NCBI RefSeq assembly: GCF_009914755.1
Contig: NC_060932.1
Length of the DNA stretch: 64,000 nucleotides
Strand: one strand, 5' to 3'
Origin: the human T2T-CHM13v2.0 reference genome, Homo sapiens
Part shown: in pieces, positions 42,841 through 58,179 of the stretch
Layout of the letters: the number at the start of each line of letters is the position of its first letter
Position numbering within the stretch: position 1 is the stretch's first letter
Position numbers and translations under genes: made by a program
Notes under the pieces: model-generated
The model's database searches: none
Seen by the model: the letters and a program-made list of their open reading frames with translations, nothing else
Told to the model about the DNA's origin: nothing

Positions 42841-43464
42841 ATGTATGTCATAAAGAAAAGGGAAAATTCAGGATTAACTTGCAGATTTGTGGTTGGGCTA
42901 AAGAACGGGGAAGGGTTCAATTTTGCATATATTCAACAAATATATATTGAGCACTGCTTTTGGTGCTGGGGAGAAATGGGTGCTGGGAGAAATTGGCGTG
43001 GAAAACAGCAGATAGAATCCTTGCCCTGCTGTGTCTTACAATCAATTACCATGCTGAGATATTCAAGCGGAAATGTTGGACAGCTGTTCTCGGTGTTCTA
43101 GAGAAAAAAATATCTGCTAAGGAGTGTCATTTTAGAGATCTTCCGACACATCATATTTAGCTTTATTAGAGACTAATTTAATTAATCACTATCTGTGACT
43201 TTCTGTGAATCTATAATTATTGCAAATAAAAAGCCAAAAAGAAAAATTTTAAAAATAAAGGAGGCTCAGCTTGTCTATCCCTAAAGGAAGGGAAAGAGTA
43301 GCCCTGCCGAATTCTGCGGGATGAGCCTTGCAGACCTAGAGAATAGCACTCACAAAGGCCCCGAAGCACTTGGCGCTTCCCAGGAACAGCAGAAGCCAAT
43401 GAGGTTGAATTTCACTGAACAGCCAGGGACCATGAAGGGATGAGAACCAGGAAACAGGGCGTAC

Positions 43465-43901
<437 letters not shown>

Positions 43902-44904
43902 CTAAGGATCATTCGCTCCTGAATGAAGAGACTTCAAACAGTGTTAATCCGATTGTTTATATTGGGTAGCCCACTGTCAGGGATTACTAAGTGATTAAAT
44001 GCTTTTTCACCTCTGTCCTTCCTCCCTTCTCTCTCCTCCTTTATAATGTCTCTCTATATAGAGTCAGCCTAGAACGGCTGCCTTTGCAGCTTTGTTCCAG
44101 AATCTGACAGGGACCAGAAAAGGCACTGCAGATGAAGCTGGCAGGTTCTAGACTGATCACACTCTCAGGAATTAGGGTAAAGGTGTCCTCTGCAATCCCC
44201 TCTACAATGTACAGGCAGTTTTCTAAAGGTAGGGACTCAGGACAAGAGTTTCCTTCAGAAGAACGTGCTACACACTTATGTCCCTGGGAGGAGTATGGTG
44301 TCACTCAGGAATATGAATGCATCAGTGAGTTGGGGTGGGGGGGGGGGGTTGTGTCACACAAACAGTGAAAAAAAGCATCCCACTCTTGGCTGGGAAATAA
44401 AGGAGGATTAGTAAAGCTGCTTTTCAGGGGAGCTCAGGTCTAGCTGAGGTATGCAGGGGGATTTCTAAACATCTAGCTAAGTGGAGGAAGTCTAGTAGTG
44501 TGAGACAAAGTTATGAATAATCAAAGCCACAATGTGTTTTGCCCTGAATTTTCTCTAAGGTCATGATACCCTTAGGGTCAGGGAGCTGGGAACCCTGAAG
44601 TTACTTTGAGCATGGGAAAGGTCTACCAAGAAAGGATTTTTACTTGTGCCTACAAGCTTGGAAGTACATTCATGTATATATATTTTTAAACCAAATACAA
44701 CCATTATTGTTTGCTTACAGATACAATTCAACCATAATATCAAATAGGGCTATTTTTTGTTGTTAGGTTCTTTGGTTTGGTTGGTTGATTGGGTTGGTTT
44801 GTTTGTTCATTTGTTTGTTTTTACTGCTTTTGTACTTTCCTAGGTTCTTAAAGCATGCAGCCCCTGAGGTTTCTACAAGGATCCCTGTCATTTCTAGTGG
44901 GGAT

Positions 44905-45080
44905 TTCATGTTGTCAACCCTGCTACATGTTAGAATCAACTGTGGAAATATTTTTAAAATATTGATGCCCCAACTTCATCTCTAAAGGTTCTAATTTAAT
45001 TGATCATGGGTGGACCCACAGCTTTAGATGATTTTTTTAAGGCTTGCCAAGTCATTCTGAAGTTCTGCCAGCTTAAGAAT
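44905..45080. mobile_element. MER5-type hAT MITE
   Basis: tcaaccctgctacatgttagaatcaactgtgga..ttaaaatattgatgccc..ttctaatttaattg. Confidence 0.6.
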
Positions 45081-46309
45081 TAACATACCAAATAAACATG
45101 TCAACCAGGTGTCAGGCAGATAATTTCTGGATTTTGGCTTTCTTATTGAATTCTAATTAAATTAGTGTTTACACAGTTCTTTGTAATTTTCCAGTAAAGT
45201 CATTCATAACTTTTTTCTCCCTAGGGTACTCGAAAAATGCTGGTTATTTCTCAAATGGAAGAAAATAGGATATTAAAATTTCAAACTGCAAAATTAAGCC
45301 CATAAGTTTATGGCTTGTTTATGCCTTGAGACAATAATATTTCTATTTCCTTTTGTCCTCATTCACTTCTAAGGCTTAAAACCTAACTATCTGCATCGTA
45401 GCAGTATTTGAGGCTCTAAACAAAGTGACTTGTAGGATCTATTTTGTTGTTTTATCATTAAAAATGAAGAACATCAGAATAAACAGGAAAATAATGATCA
45501 AGGAACAAATGTATGTACATCAATTGATGATGGATAGATGCTGTTGGCTGGGGTAGTGCCTGAGAGAAGAAGAGTGACAGATGGCATGTGTTGATGTGCA
45601 CAGAGCATGAGGACTGAGGACATTTTTTTTTCCTTCCAATTAGCCATGTCTTCCTTAAAGGAGGAAGGTCTGAGAAACCAGGTCCGATGCTGCTTTGGAA
45701 AACTCTACCGTCATTTGACAGCTTGGCAGCATGAGTAAATTATTCACAACTTGCCCCCATGCTGTGATGTGGCTTGCCTCAGACCATTATACATCTTCCT
45801 CTGACTAAATGCCTTCTATACTTCTATACTCTGAGGAATAATTAAGAATGTCCTTTGAAACAAAGAATCTTGATGTTCCTGTGATAGGAGTCTTTAGGTC
45901 ATCCAAGGATCTGTGTATTAATCAAACCAAAAGAAACCTGTAGGAATCATAACATTCATAATAGCTCACATTTATTGAACACACTATGTGTCAGGCTTTT
46001 CGGTGAACATTTAATATGCATTATCTCATTTAATTCTCACAACAACCTAGGATGTAGGTGTTACTTTAAGCCCCATTTCAAGATTAAACAGAGTAAGTTT
46101 TCTAAGATCTGTCACCATGTGGTGACACTGGTAGGCATCCCTACTAGATAGGTAGCCTAGTGCTAGATGGGTTTCAAAGTTGGAGAACTTATGTTAATTA
46201 TCTTGCATTTAGAAACTCATATCAAAAGAATGTTTCTCCCGCCAAGGTTATATAGGTCACTGAGGCAAGAAATTTCCTGGACTCCTGTCAATCAACCAGA
46301 AAACTAACG

Positions 46310-46450
46310 CACTGGTTCTCAACTTTCCTATATGTAAGGCTTACCTGTGAAGCTTTAAAAAATAAGAGTCTGTCGTCTCAACCTCAGAGATTCTGATTTA
46401 ACTGATGTAAACTGGGGCTCAGGTATGAAGATTTTTAAACGTTCTCCAGG
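46310..46450. mobile_element. MER5-type hAT MITE fragment
   Basis: cactggttctcaacttt..cagagattctgatttaactg..atttttaaacgttctccagg. Confidence 0.6.
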
Positions 46451-46619
46451 CAGGACAGCTACAAGATTTGTAGGGTCCATTGACAAAACATGCAGTTCTT
46501 ATTTTAAAATTTTAAGAGTGTTAAGATGGTAACAGCAGACCATTAAACTGAGTGCAGGGCCCTTCTTTGAATGAGGCCCTGTAGGATTGCACAGACCACA
46601 TACCCATGAAGTTGGCCTT
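46451..46619 (-). mobile_element. MER91-like hAT-Tip100 MITE
   Basis: Reverse complement reads ggccaacttcatggg..tgtgcaatcctacagggcc..agaagggccctgcactcagtttaatg..tctgctgttaccatctt. Confidence 0.65.
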
Positions 46620-46928
46620 ACCCCACGTGATGCCAATATGCTGAAACTTTGAAAACCATTGGACCAAAGGGTTCCCTTGGCCAAGCCCCACTCCTGTAGC
46701 TTGGTTGGCTCTTCATCATCATCACTGTCATCACATGTATTAAGCTGTTTGCAAGCACCACATAATCCTCACAATGACATTGTGAAGAAAGAATGGCAGG
46801 TACATCCCAGTTTTTCAGATGAGGAAACGAAGGCTCTGCTAAATTTAGTATTGTGCCTGGAGTCCCTGAGGAGTCAGTGCCCCTGCTTACATGGAGCCCA
46901 GGCCACACAGATTCTGGATCCCATACTC

Positions 46929-47229
46929 CTTTTTTTTTCTTTCTCGAGACAGGGTCTCACTCTGTCACCCAGGCTGGAGTGCAGTGGCACGATCTCTGCT
47001 CACTACAACCTCCACCTCCCGGGTTCAAGCAATTCTCCTGCCTCAACCTCCTGAGTAGCTGGAATTACAAGTGCCCACAACCATGCCCAGCTAATTTTTG
47101 TATTTTTTGGTAGAGAAGCAGTTTCACCATGTTGGCCAGGCTGGTCTGGAACTCCTGATCTTAAGTGATCTGCCTGCCTCAGCCTCCCAAAGCGTTAGTA
47201 TTACAGGCGTGAGCCACTGTGTAAAACCG
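46929..47229 (-). mobile_element. AluS
   Basis: Dimeric Alu. TSD tggatcc(ca/tg)tactc at 46915-46928 and 47230-47243. Confidence 0.93.
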
Positions 47230-47899
47230 TGGATCCTGTACTCTTAATCATTACCTGACACTGCAGCATCTTGAATAAGTGGTTCTTTGTGTAATAATTA
47301 TCTGTGTGACCCCCCAGATCCCAAATTTTGAAAAAAAAAAAAAGATACTCGAATGGAAACAGATTCATGTCTAAAAGTTTATAACATGTAATTGATTTCC
47401 TTTACACCTGAATGTGCCATTGTTTGCTGTTTTTTTATGTTTTAATTTTGCCATTATATTGCATATACACTGGCTGGAATATACATAGACATGCATATAC
47501 ATAGGCAAAAATATAATTTGTATGAAATCTGACTTGTAAACTCAGAAAGGGATTTACAAGTCCCCAAATCTAAATCTTCTCCAGCTTTCCTAACTTCAAA
47601 ATCCTCTCTGAGGTGAATGGCAGGTAGGAGGTGTGCAGGGTCACTCTGTGACTGAGGGAGAAGACAGATTTTTTACTTTGAGGAGTCATAAATAGCTTTG
47701 CTCACTGATTTGGTATACTGCACTCTAAAAATAAAAAGAAGATTCTGAGAATAAGCAGGTGCTCACCCCAGGGATCAATACATTTAATTTAGTCCTCAGG
47801 GAGAGTTTTTAGTGTGGCTCTATTTTGTCACACTTAAACATATTTGTTAAGAGGAGCTCAGTTCTTCAAGCTCCCTCTCAAATAAAAAAATCATATACC

Positions 47900-48120
47900 T
47901 CCCTCCCCACTTTCCACCCTACACTGTGTTGTGTCACTGCTGTATCTTATTATAGCCATTATCTCACCGTCCTGCAATCATTTGTTATATGAAGACTTGC
48001 CTTAGACCATGAACTCCAGAATGCAAGAACTGAGTTCTATTCATTTTGTGTATCTTTGGCTTTTTACACAGTATCTGACACATACTTGGCTTTCAGTGTT
48101 TACTAAGTGAATGAATGCAA
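47900..48120 (+). mobile_element. L2 3' end fragment
   Basis: tagaccatgaactccagaatgcaag..acagtatctgacacatacttgg..tgtttactaagtgaatgaatg. Confidence 0.6.
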
Positions 48121-48659
48121 GCACACATAAATGACTATCTTTCAGAGTTCATTATGAAATTCATCCATTCCACTGCAATATGAAAATGCTTCAAAGCATT
48201 TTATTCTTTCCTCCCTTTTAGTGACTTACTTCTGCAACTACTTTCTATCATTTTTGACATCATTTCACTCATTTTTATTTATGTCCCTCTGCAGATTCAA
48301 ACGAACTCCTTATTTTTGCAGTTGTCATTTGTATTTTATGGAAATTCCTCAAAGGATCTGCTTGTACAGCTTCAGAGTTGTCTTGGGAACTACTATTTAT
48401 CCTGGCTTTCAGAAGGATTTTGATTCTTAGCACAAGGCTGTGTCACTGGAAAGTACAAATTCATTATTATCCAGGCTCTTGACTGGGGACTAGAATTATT
48501 AGGTTAGCTTTATCTCACCTTTCCAATTTTTCTCCTTCCCTAGTTAAATTATCTCATATTTTCTATCTCTTATACTTTCCATTATAATTCCTAAAGCATA
48601 GACTATCACATGAAGCAGAAATTTGAATACACCCTCATAATCAATCACATGGCATTTTC

Positions 48660-49171
48660 TTTTTTTTCAATTCTTTGCCTTCTACTTTTTTTTTTAATTA
48701 TACTTTAAGTTTTAGGGTACATGTGCACAACGTGCAGGTTTCTTACATATGTATACATGTGCCATGTTGGTGTGCTACACCCATTAACTGGTCATTTAGC
48801 ATTAGGTTTATCTCCTAATGCTATCCCTCCCCCCTCCCCCCACCCCACAACAGTCCCCAGTGTGTGATGTTCCCCTTCCTGTGTCCATGTGTTCTCATTG
48901 TTCAATTCCCACCTATGAGTGTGAACATGCGGTGTTTGGTTTTTTGTCCTTGCGATAGTTTGCTGAGAATGATGGTTTCCAGCTTCATCCATGTCCCTAC
49001 AAAGGACATGAACTCATCATTTTTTATGGCTGCATAGTATTCCATGGTGTATATGTGCCACATTTTCTTAATCCAGTCTATCATTGTTGGACGTTTGGGT
49101 TGCTTCCAAGTCTTTGCTATTGTGAATGGTGCCGCAATAAACATACGTGTGCATGTGTCTCTATGGCAGCA
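48660..49171 (-). mobile_element. Young L1PA (PA3/4-like), 5'-truncated, with bipartite tail
   Basis: L1PA 3' UTR and ORF2 C-terminus (MIDWIKKMWHIYTMEYYAAIK...). 18-bp TSD caatcacatggcattttc at 48642-48659 and 49170-49187. Confidence 0.96.
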
Positions 49172-49877
49172 ATCACATGGCATTTTCATTGTAGGCTGGT
49201 TATTCATTAGCTTAGCCAAGCCCACATTTTGCTAAAAGATTTGCAGATTTAAGATAATATCTAGTATTTGTTATCTAGTTTTCTCAGCATTTTTCAGTCT
49301 GTGAGTATTGCCTAACAGAGAGTCAAGTGTCCAAACTTAGTCTTTACTCCAGTGGTCATTGATACATAAAGCCCTGGGTTATGGATAAAGCTTCTTACCC
49401 CCAGAGCAACACTAGGTTCCATGTCTATGTTTATTTGCTTCTGTGATTTTAACATTTCCTTCTCATTTTCTGGTCCTTCAAGATTTTCTATACTTTGTTG
49501 TGAACTTAACACACATTTTCAAAATGTCTTGCTGTGGCAGAGACAGCTAAATGGTACCTTAGCCCACAATACTGCTCAAAGTGGAAGCCCCCACTTTGTG
49601 GTTTTAATTATGACCAGGATGCTGGTTTTAATTCTTTCCTACCCCCACCCCCATGCCTTCTCTTTGTTTCTTTGGAAGATTCCTATTTATCCTTCAAAAC
49701 CCAGTTTAGAAACCCTCAGCTGGGTTAGACATGAATCTGTTTCCATTAGTAGTATCCTTCTTCTTTTTTTTTTTTTTTTTAATTTGGGAACTGGGGGTGG
49801 TGGTGGTCAAAGAAGAACACAGTGGTTCACAAGAAAGAACCACTTATTCAAGATGCTGCAGTGTCAGGTAGTGATTA

Positions 49878-50243
<366 letters not shown>

Positions 50244-50465
50244 AGAGACCACCTCATATTGAAGGCTTTCTATATAGAGAATAACTTCTTCCTGTGTATG
50301 CTGTTTCTGTAATTGCACAAAATTCCCTTTTTTCACTTAGCATGTCATATTGTAGTCTGTTCACATGCCTGTTTTAATCACTAAAGTATAAGTTCCTTGA
50401 AGGCAGAAGCTAAATCTTACCCATCGTTTTATCACAAGTTCCTAGTACGGTACCTAGCAGACAAC

Positions 50466-50802
50466 CAGCAGTACCAATCTTTTTGGCACCAGGGATCGGT
50501 TTCGTAGAAGACAATTTTTCTACAGATGGTGAGGGGATGGTTTCAGGAGAAACTGTTCCACCTCAGATCATCAAGGCATTAGTTAGATTCTCATAAGGAG
50601 CGCATAATCTAGGTCCCTTGCACGTGCAGTTCACAATAGGGTTCGTGCTCCTATGAGGATCTAATGCTGCCACTGATCTGACAAGAGGCAGAGCTCAGGT
50701 GGTAATGCTTGTTCACCCTCCGCTCACTTCCTGCTGTGAGGCCTGGTTCCTAACAGGCCACGGACTGATATCGGTCCATGGCCCAGGAGTTGGAGACCCC
50801 TG
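50466..50802 (+). mobile_element. MER1B (hAT-Charlie MITE)
   Basis: ctttttggcaccaggga..gaagacaatttttc..aaactgttccacctcagatcatca..gcagttcacaatagggttcg..ttggagacccctg. Confidence 0.88.
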
Positions 50803-50852
50803 CAATAAAGAATAAAATTTATCTTAGAAAGATTTTAAGTCTTGTTGTTTCC

Positions 50853-51154
<302 letters not shown>

Positions 51155-52097
51155 AGTCTTGTTGCTTTCTTAATGTACATTGCAACAAAACAGATTGCCC
51201 CTTCTACTGCTGACTCGGTAAACTATACTAGGCATACAGTGGACAGATCTTCACTGTGGCTGTTGTTCAAAGAACAGGGCAGCTCTTTATATAACCCCAC
51301 TCCAGTGCTTAGAATACCACAGATGGGCCCAAAAACAGTTAATAGAATCAAGTAATTCTGCTTAGTCCTCTATTTTACACACCCCCACACCCACACACCC
51401 CTCCCCACACACATATACATATCACAGTATAACAACTTTTGATGTTAAATTTCCAAATGACCGTAGAAAAATTATTCTGTAGAAGATAGGTAGATGACAA
51501 GGCCCTTCTACTACAGTCCAAGATTTCTATGATAAGAGAATTTCACGGCACTATGGAGCACATGGGAGGAACCCTTCACCTATCCTTTATAGGGTGAGGT
51601 TAATTTTTCTGGAGAAGTGAAGCTCATACTGAACCCTGAATAAGATGCCATCCAGATGGATGCAGCTGACCTTAACATTCTGATACATTTTTAAATTCAG
51701 CTTCATAGAATAGCCCTCAACATACCTCTAGAAACCGTAACTGTCAGGACACCAAAGCTTTAAGAACAGTAGAAGTATACCCCATCACAATAATAACATA
51801 TTTTAGCTGGTCCAACAGAAAGTCAGGAAAATATTGTCTACCACTGATTTAGAACTTATGTTCGGTTTGTCCATAGACACTGGTTATTAACCCCTAATCC
51901 TCAGATTTCACATCGTTGCTCCCAGACCCCCAATCTCTCCTGGCTCAGCTTTATCTTCATAAGAATTAGAGTCCAGATCACAGTACCCCGTCTTCCAATC
52001 TTAGAATAACATTTTTGTTTTACTACTGCCCTCTTGATGCTTTAAACTTGTGAGAACCTGCCCCATTATGTGATTGAGATTGAATACTAGCCTTTTA

Positions 52098-52297
52098 TAT
52101 TTTTTATTTTCGTGGGTACATAGTAGGTGTGTATATTTATAGTTTACATAAGATATTTTGATACAGGCATGCAATGTGTAATAATCACATCAGGTAAATA
52201 GACTATCCGTCACCTCAAGCATTTATCCTTTGTGTTTCAAAAAATCCAGTTCTATTCTTTTTACTTAAAATTATTTCTTACTATAGTCACTGTTACA
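52098..52297 (-). mobile_element. L1MA-type 200-bp 3' end
   Basis: gtgggtacatagtaggtgtgtatatttat..gatacaggcatgcaatgtgtaataatcacatc..cacctcaagcatttatc. Perfect 17-bp TSD tgaatactagcctttta at 52081-52097 and 52298-52314. Confidence 0.9.
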
Positions 52298-52430
52298 TGA
52301 ATACTAGCCTTTTAATGATTTACGCTATGTACATCAGATCACATGCATATCCTAGAATACATACAGCTAGCTATATTGCCTTACTTGCCTTTTCTATCCA
52401 GGGCAAATAGCATCTGTTTATAGCCTAGGA

Positions 52431-52608
52431 CAGTGGTCCTCAAACTTTACTGTGCGTCAGAATTACCAGAAAGACATAAATTGCTAGGCCCTATCTCCAA
52501 AGCTGCTGATTGAGTAGATTTGGGATGGATCCCAAGAATTGCATTTCTAACAAGTTCTCACGTGACTCAGATGCTGTTGTTCAGGGAACCAAACTTTGGG
52601 ACTCACTG
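52431..52608. mobile_element. MER5A
   Basis: TIR-like ends cagtggtcctcaaact / actttgggactcactg. Internal aagaattgcatttctaacaagttc. Degenerate 8-bp TSD gcctagga/gtctaaga. Confidence 0.8.
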
Positions 52609-53849
52609 GTCTAAGAATTAAAGGAAGAGGCTATTATTTCTCAAACTAATATATGTTACCCTCTGGGGATCCAAAACATAGTCTCAAGGGCCTGAGAGTT
52701 GTTTATAAAATTTTTAACTTTTGTGTATCTATTTTCATAATAATCTGAACAAAATTAATACAAACTTATTTTAAAACATCTAGATAAGCATCATATTGCT
52801 GACTATTGTAATATAATTTCAGTGCCCATGTTTGCATTTATGATTATAATTTCATTGATGCCAAGTAGTACTACTTTAATTGTTGATAATAAACTAGCTA
52901 ATGAGATAAGAACAGAGGTAGACTAATTACATAAATGATGTATTCATACTCAGTGAAAACTCACTGTAATTATGAATGCTATCTGAATAAAGATTTGGTA
53001 GTAATTTGAATAGAGAAACATATTAGAGAAAAAGGATTGGCACAACTGAGCCAGTGCACAAGAAAGCAATGGCATGTCCAATTCAAAAGAACCCATGTGG
53101 TAGCAGTCAGTGCTAGATTCCCTAAGTGAATGATGCTTTATTTTCAGAAAAATGTTAGGTATCAAGTAAACTCAATATTATTATTAAATGTATTGGAGTA
53201 TTGTTTGAATGCAAATAAATGATTGAATATATCACTTTTCATTGAAATATTTTAGCATAATTTAGGAACTGTCACTTAGTGTTAGCAGGCTTATCATAAT
53301 CTTATCAGTTAGCCTCCTGGATAAACTGGAGGCGAGCCTTCATGGAAAAAAGCTAGCTCTAAACTCCTAATTATTTTAATAACAAGAATCTTACTATTTA
53401 ATATTGAATTCAAACAGACGGGAAATTTAATTTTTAAAATTCTATCTATCTGGTGACAAAAACTAAGGAAAGGGAGTGGATTTTTTAAAAGACAAAAGGA
53501 AAATGTAAATCACAAATAGGTAAAAATGGAAAATAAGAGAAACGGAAGAGTGAGAAAATGACAAAAAAAAAAAAGACAGAAGGATCATGAAACAGAAAAA
53601 TGTAAGTCAGTGGAAATGTGCTTGGGAATAAATAATATATCTCCAAAAAGGTCAAATACATATATTATGCCTCATATTTGATGAGAATATAAAAATCTAA
53701 TTATTATGACAAGGTTTGTACAAGAAACTCATGAATCTTTTTCTTTCTGCTATGCTAAAATTACTAAAGTCAATATAAACTTTGTTCAAACAAGTTTCCA
53801 TACTGAATAAACAAATGACTTTAGTTTAAAGGAACAGATATACCAATTC

Positions 53850-54950
53850 ATATATGTTTTTGAGTCTTTTGTATGTCTCAGGCACACTGCCAGGCATCAG
53901 GCATACAATGGTAAACAATTACATATAATCATCATTTTCACGGAGTTCACAGCATTGAAGAGGCTACAGGCAACAATGGACCAAGAAGTTATAATACACT
54001 GGCAATCACTTGGGTGGAAGAAACTCAAAACTACAGAAATATTGGTAGGGATACCAGTCCAGATTTAGAGGGTCAGAAGTGCTTACATTAGGAAACTGGG
54101 AAGAAAAGGATTAACAGCAGGTTTATAATCTGTTTCTTCCTCCAGGAGAAGGAAGAGATTGCCAAGAATCAACCTCTAGGAAGAGATGCCACAGTCAAAC
54201 CCTTTGTAATCACACTAATGATAGAGCTGATAGTATTTTCTAGGGGGAGAGTCCTTTCTATGAGATGTCCTAACTGTGGTCTATCTAGGTTGCTTATTAT
54301 AACTAAAGCTGGAATTTATGAGTTTATGAAACATAGCTCACTAGGAAATGTCATGTAAACTGTCAAATAAAAGAGATATTCCATTACTGAAATGACTCCC
54401 TTTATGTAAGTAATATCACTGAAGCTTCATTTAGGTCCTCATGTGTTCTAATACACATCCTAGTATGGGAAGAACAGAACTGGGTGACTTTGTTGACATG
54501 CTCAGACTTCTCCATGTTTCACTTGAGTGTTGTGATTTCCCATATGCCCAGAATTTGACAATTCAACCTTCCATGTTATCTCAGAAATGACCAGCTATGA
54601 CTTGAGAAGTAAGTAGAAGTTAGCCAGATAAAATCATAGAAAGGAGTGGGGACGGAGATGGGCAAAGAGTGAAAGAAAACTGAGTTTATAGCAGAGTAAA
54701 CATCTGTGAAGGAGCACATTTAGGAAAGGTGAACAAGGTTTAGCTAGAGCAAAGAGTGAAAGCTGCAGCAAGCAGAAGCCAACTAGCAGAAGGCCTGTGG
54801 GCCATGGAAGGGGTTTGTAATTCATTCCCAAGCAATGCGACCCAATTGAAGTGGTTTAAAAACATAAATTATAGGATATGGCTTGATTTTAGGAAGAGTA
54901 CTCCATCTATAGTTTAGAGAATGCATTAGAGAAAGGCAAGAAGTCAAGAT
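53850..54950 (-). mobile_element. L2 fragments
   Basis: tatgtctcaggcacactgccagg..ggagttcacag..; gggccatggaaggggtttgtaattcattcc..tactccatctatagtttagagaatg. Confidence 0.5.
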
Positions 54951-55004
54951 AGGAAGCTATTAAAAGAATAATATTGTATCTAGACTAAGTACTGCAATTG
55001 AAAG

Positions 55005-55870
<866 letters not shown>

Positions 55871-55989
55871 AGCAAAACAAAAACATAGACCATTAAGCTA
55901 AGATTTATTGTTCTAGAAGAGAGAATATAAAGAATCCAGTAAGAAAAGAGTGTCAAATTTTGGGATTTTTGTTCCAAAATGTCTTGAAA

Positions 55990-56979
55990 GTAGTGACTTT
56001 CCAGTGCAAGAACCAGGCATTTGAAAGACATAATAGTTTTATGCTACTTGGTTTTTCTGTGGGAAGTTTCTGGTGGACTTAGGGGGAATTCAAAAAGCTT
56101 GGCTTTATTGATTAAAGGCAAAGATTGGAAAACTCAAAACATACAGCAGAGAAGAATGAGTGATGGCACAAGAATATCTTTCTTAACACCCAGATAGGTG
56201 GTTAAAACCCATTATGGGCTATGGAGAAAGAGGACAAGAACTTAAAAAGAAAAGCAAAAGAGAGATATGAATGTGGAGCACCTGAGAAAACTTCTGCCAC
56301 ACTTTCCTACTCTATTTTAATCCCAGGTGGCAGATCAGTTTAGAGGGATCCTAGGGTGGAGAGGATATAGCCTTTCTTTCCAAAGTTTAGCCCAAAGAGA
56401 ATGCATATCTCTAAGAGAAGCCTTGCATTCAAACAACACCAGAGAGTGGATGAGCAATGGGTGTGGACCTGATACGTTCCCTCCAAGTCTCCTTCAGATC
56501 TAAAGCTACATGGGAGACCTCGCTCAGGTCTCCAAGAGAGGCAGAGAAATTAACAGTAGGCCAAAAGAAAGCTCATGCCTGAGGTAAGGCTAATACATAC
56601 CATGGTATCCAGCTAACTAAAGGCTGTGGTAGAAATGACACTGTCAGCAGATGCAGCAGTACGAGATGCGAAGCCTCAGGACCTGCTAGCACAAGGCACC
56701 CATCAGTACAGACAAGCAAGGTCAGAAGATGATCTTGGATCTTCATGTCACCCACTTCATGATGTTACATAGGGCAGAATCTCCCCTAATTCCAGACACC
56801 TCTCAAGGAGATAAGGGGAAGAAAGGGGAGGAGGGAGGCTACAGAGCCTGAGCTCTAAACTGGCAGTGACTGAGTTTCCTTAGCTTAGCAAAATGATGTT
56901 TTTCACCACCAAGCAGAAATGAGGAATAAAGTTTCGTGTTTGCACCTGAGTCTGTGACTATAAACAGTTTAACTGCTAC
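55990..56979 (+). mobile_element. Probable ancient ERV LTR (family unassigned)
   Basis: About 1 kb purine-rich block ending ggaataaagttt...aactgctaCA, which is the layout of an LTR R/U5 end. 5' boundary uncertain. Confidence 0.3.
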
Positions 56980-58179
56980 ACATAAAAAAGATTTACAAGC
57001 AGTTTGGAGGCTCAATTGTTATTTCCATCACATCCGAAAAGATGCTCTTTCCAGGGCATGGAGAAAGAATTGAAGGAAAAAAGTGTTTGAGATGGATAAA
57101 GCAGTATTAATTACCCAACCTCACAGGATAACTGTAAGGATTAAGGAACATGATAAAAGCAGCTGTCACCAAGTCAGAATCAGTAGATACTAATCCCTTC
57201 TCTCATGGAATGAAAGGGTTGAAAGAGACCTCCAGGGGCCTTCTGCTGCAACCACCTTGTCCTTATGAAGGAAAATTAAAAACATCTAAGGCAAATTGTT
57301 GTCTTACCTAGTTTTACAGATTTCAGGCATGAACATCCTACGATCCATGCTAGTATTTATCACATGCATAGTTAACAGTATTTCCAATTCATTCCCAGCA
57401 ATGTAAGCCATTTCTTCTCATTAAAACCTATGCGAAAAGAGAATAATTCACTAAATCTTTTTATATAATTTTTATTTTCCTGGAAAATAGTCATAAAATC
57501 ATGATTTCATTTTCTTTTCATGTAAGGTAAATAATTTTAACTCATTTAACCTTTCCTCACTGTCATGTTTTTTAGGATGTCATTGTTTTTGAGACTTAGC
57601 ACTAAAAACTTCTTTTGAAATGTGATGATCAAAACAGAGTAAGATGCTTTATTGACTAGGGAAATTACTACTCAATTTTAGCATTAGTTTTTGAAACAAC
57701 ATTCAAACATTGCTAATTGTAAGAAAGTTGATATTTTTAAGAGATAACTATGATTGGATCTGTCCTGAATGTCATATTTTTTAACAAGAGAGAAAATTGA
57801 GACAGGTAATGTTAATCAATTTTAAATTTATAGAATATGAATTAAAGGAAGGCAAAAATATACAGATTTATATATTTTGATAACTATTTTCCAGTAAAAG
57901 AAAAAGTATATAAAAATATTTAGCAAATTACTCTCTCTTTTAACATGAGTTTTAATGAGAAGAAATGGCTTAAACTGCTGGGATGAAATTGGGAAATATT
58001 GTTAACTACACATGTGATAAATGCTAGCATGGATTGTAGGATGTCCATGACTGAAATCTATAAAATTAAGTAAGACAACAATTTGCCCTAAGTGTTTTTA
58101 ATTTTCCTTCATAAGGACAAGTAACTTACTCACATGCAAACTGCTAGTTAGGTAGAGCTGAGATTCTAATGCCATTTAC

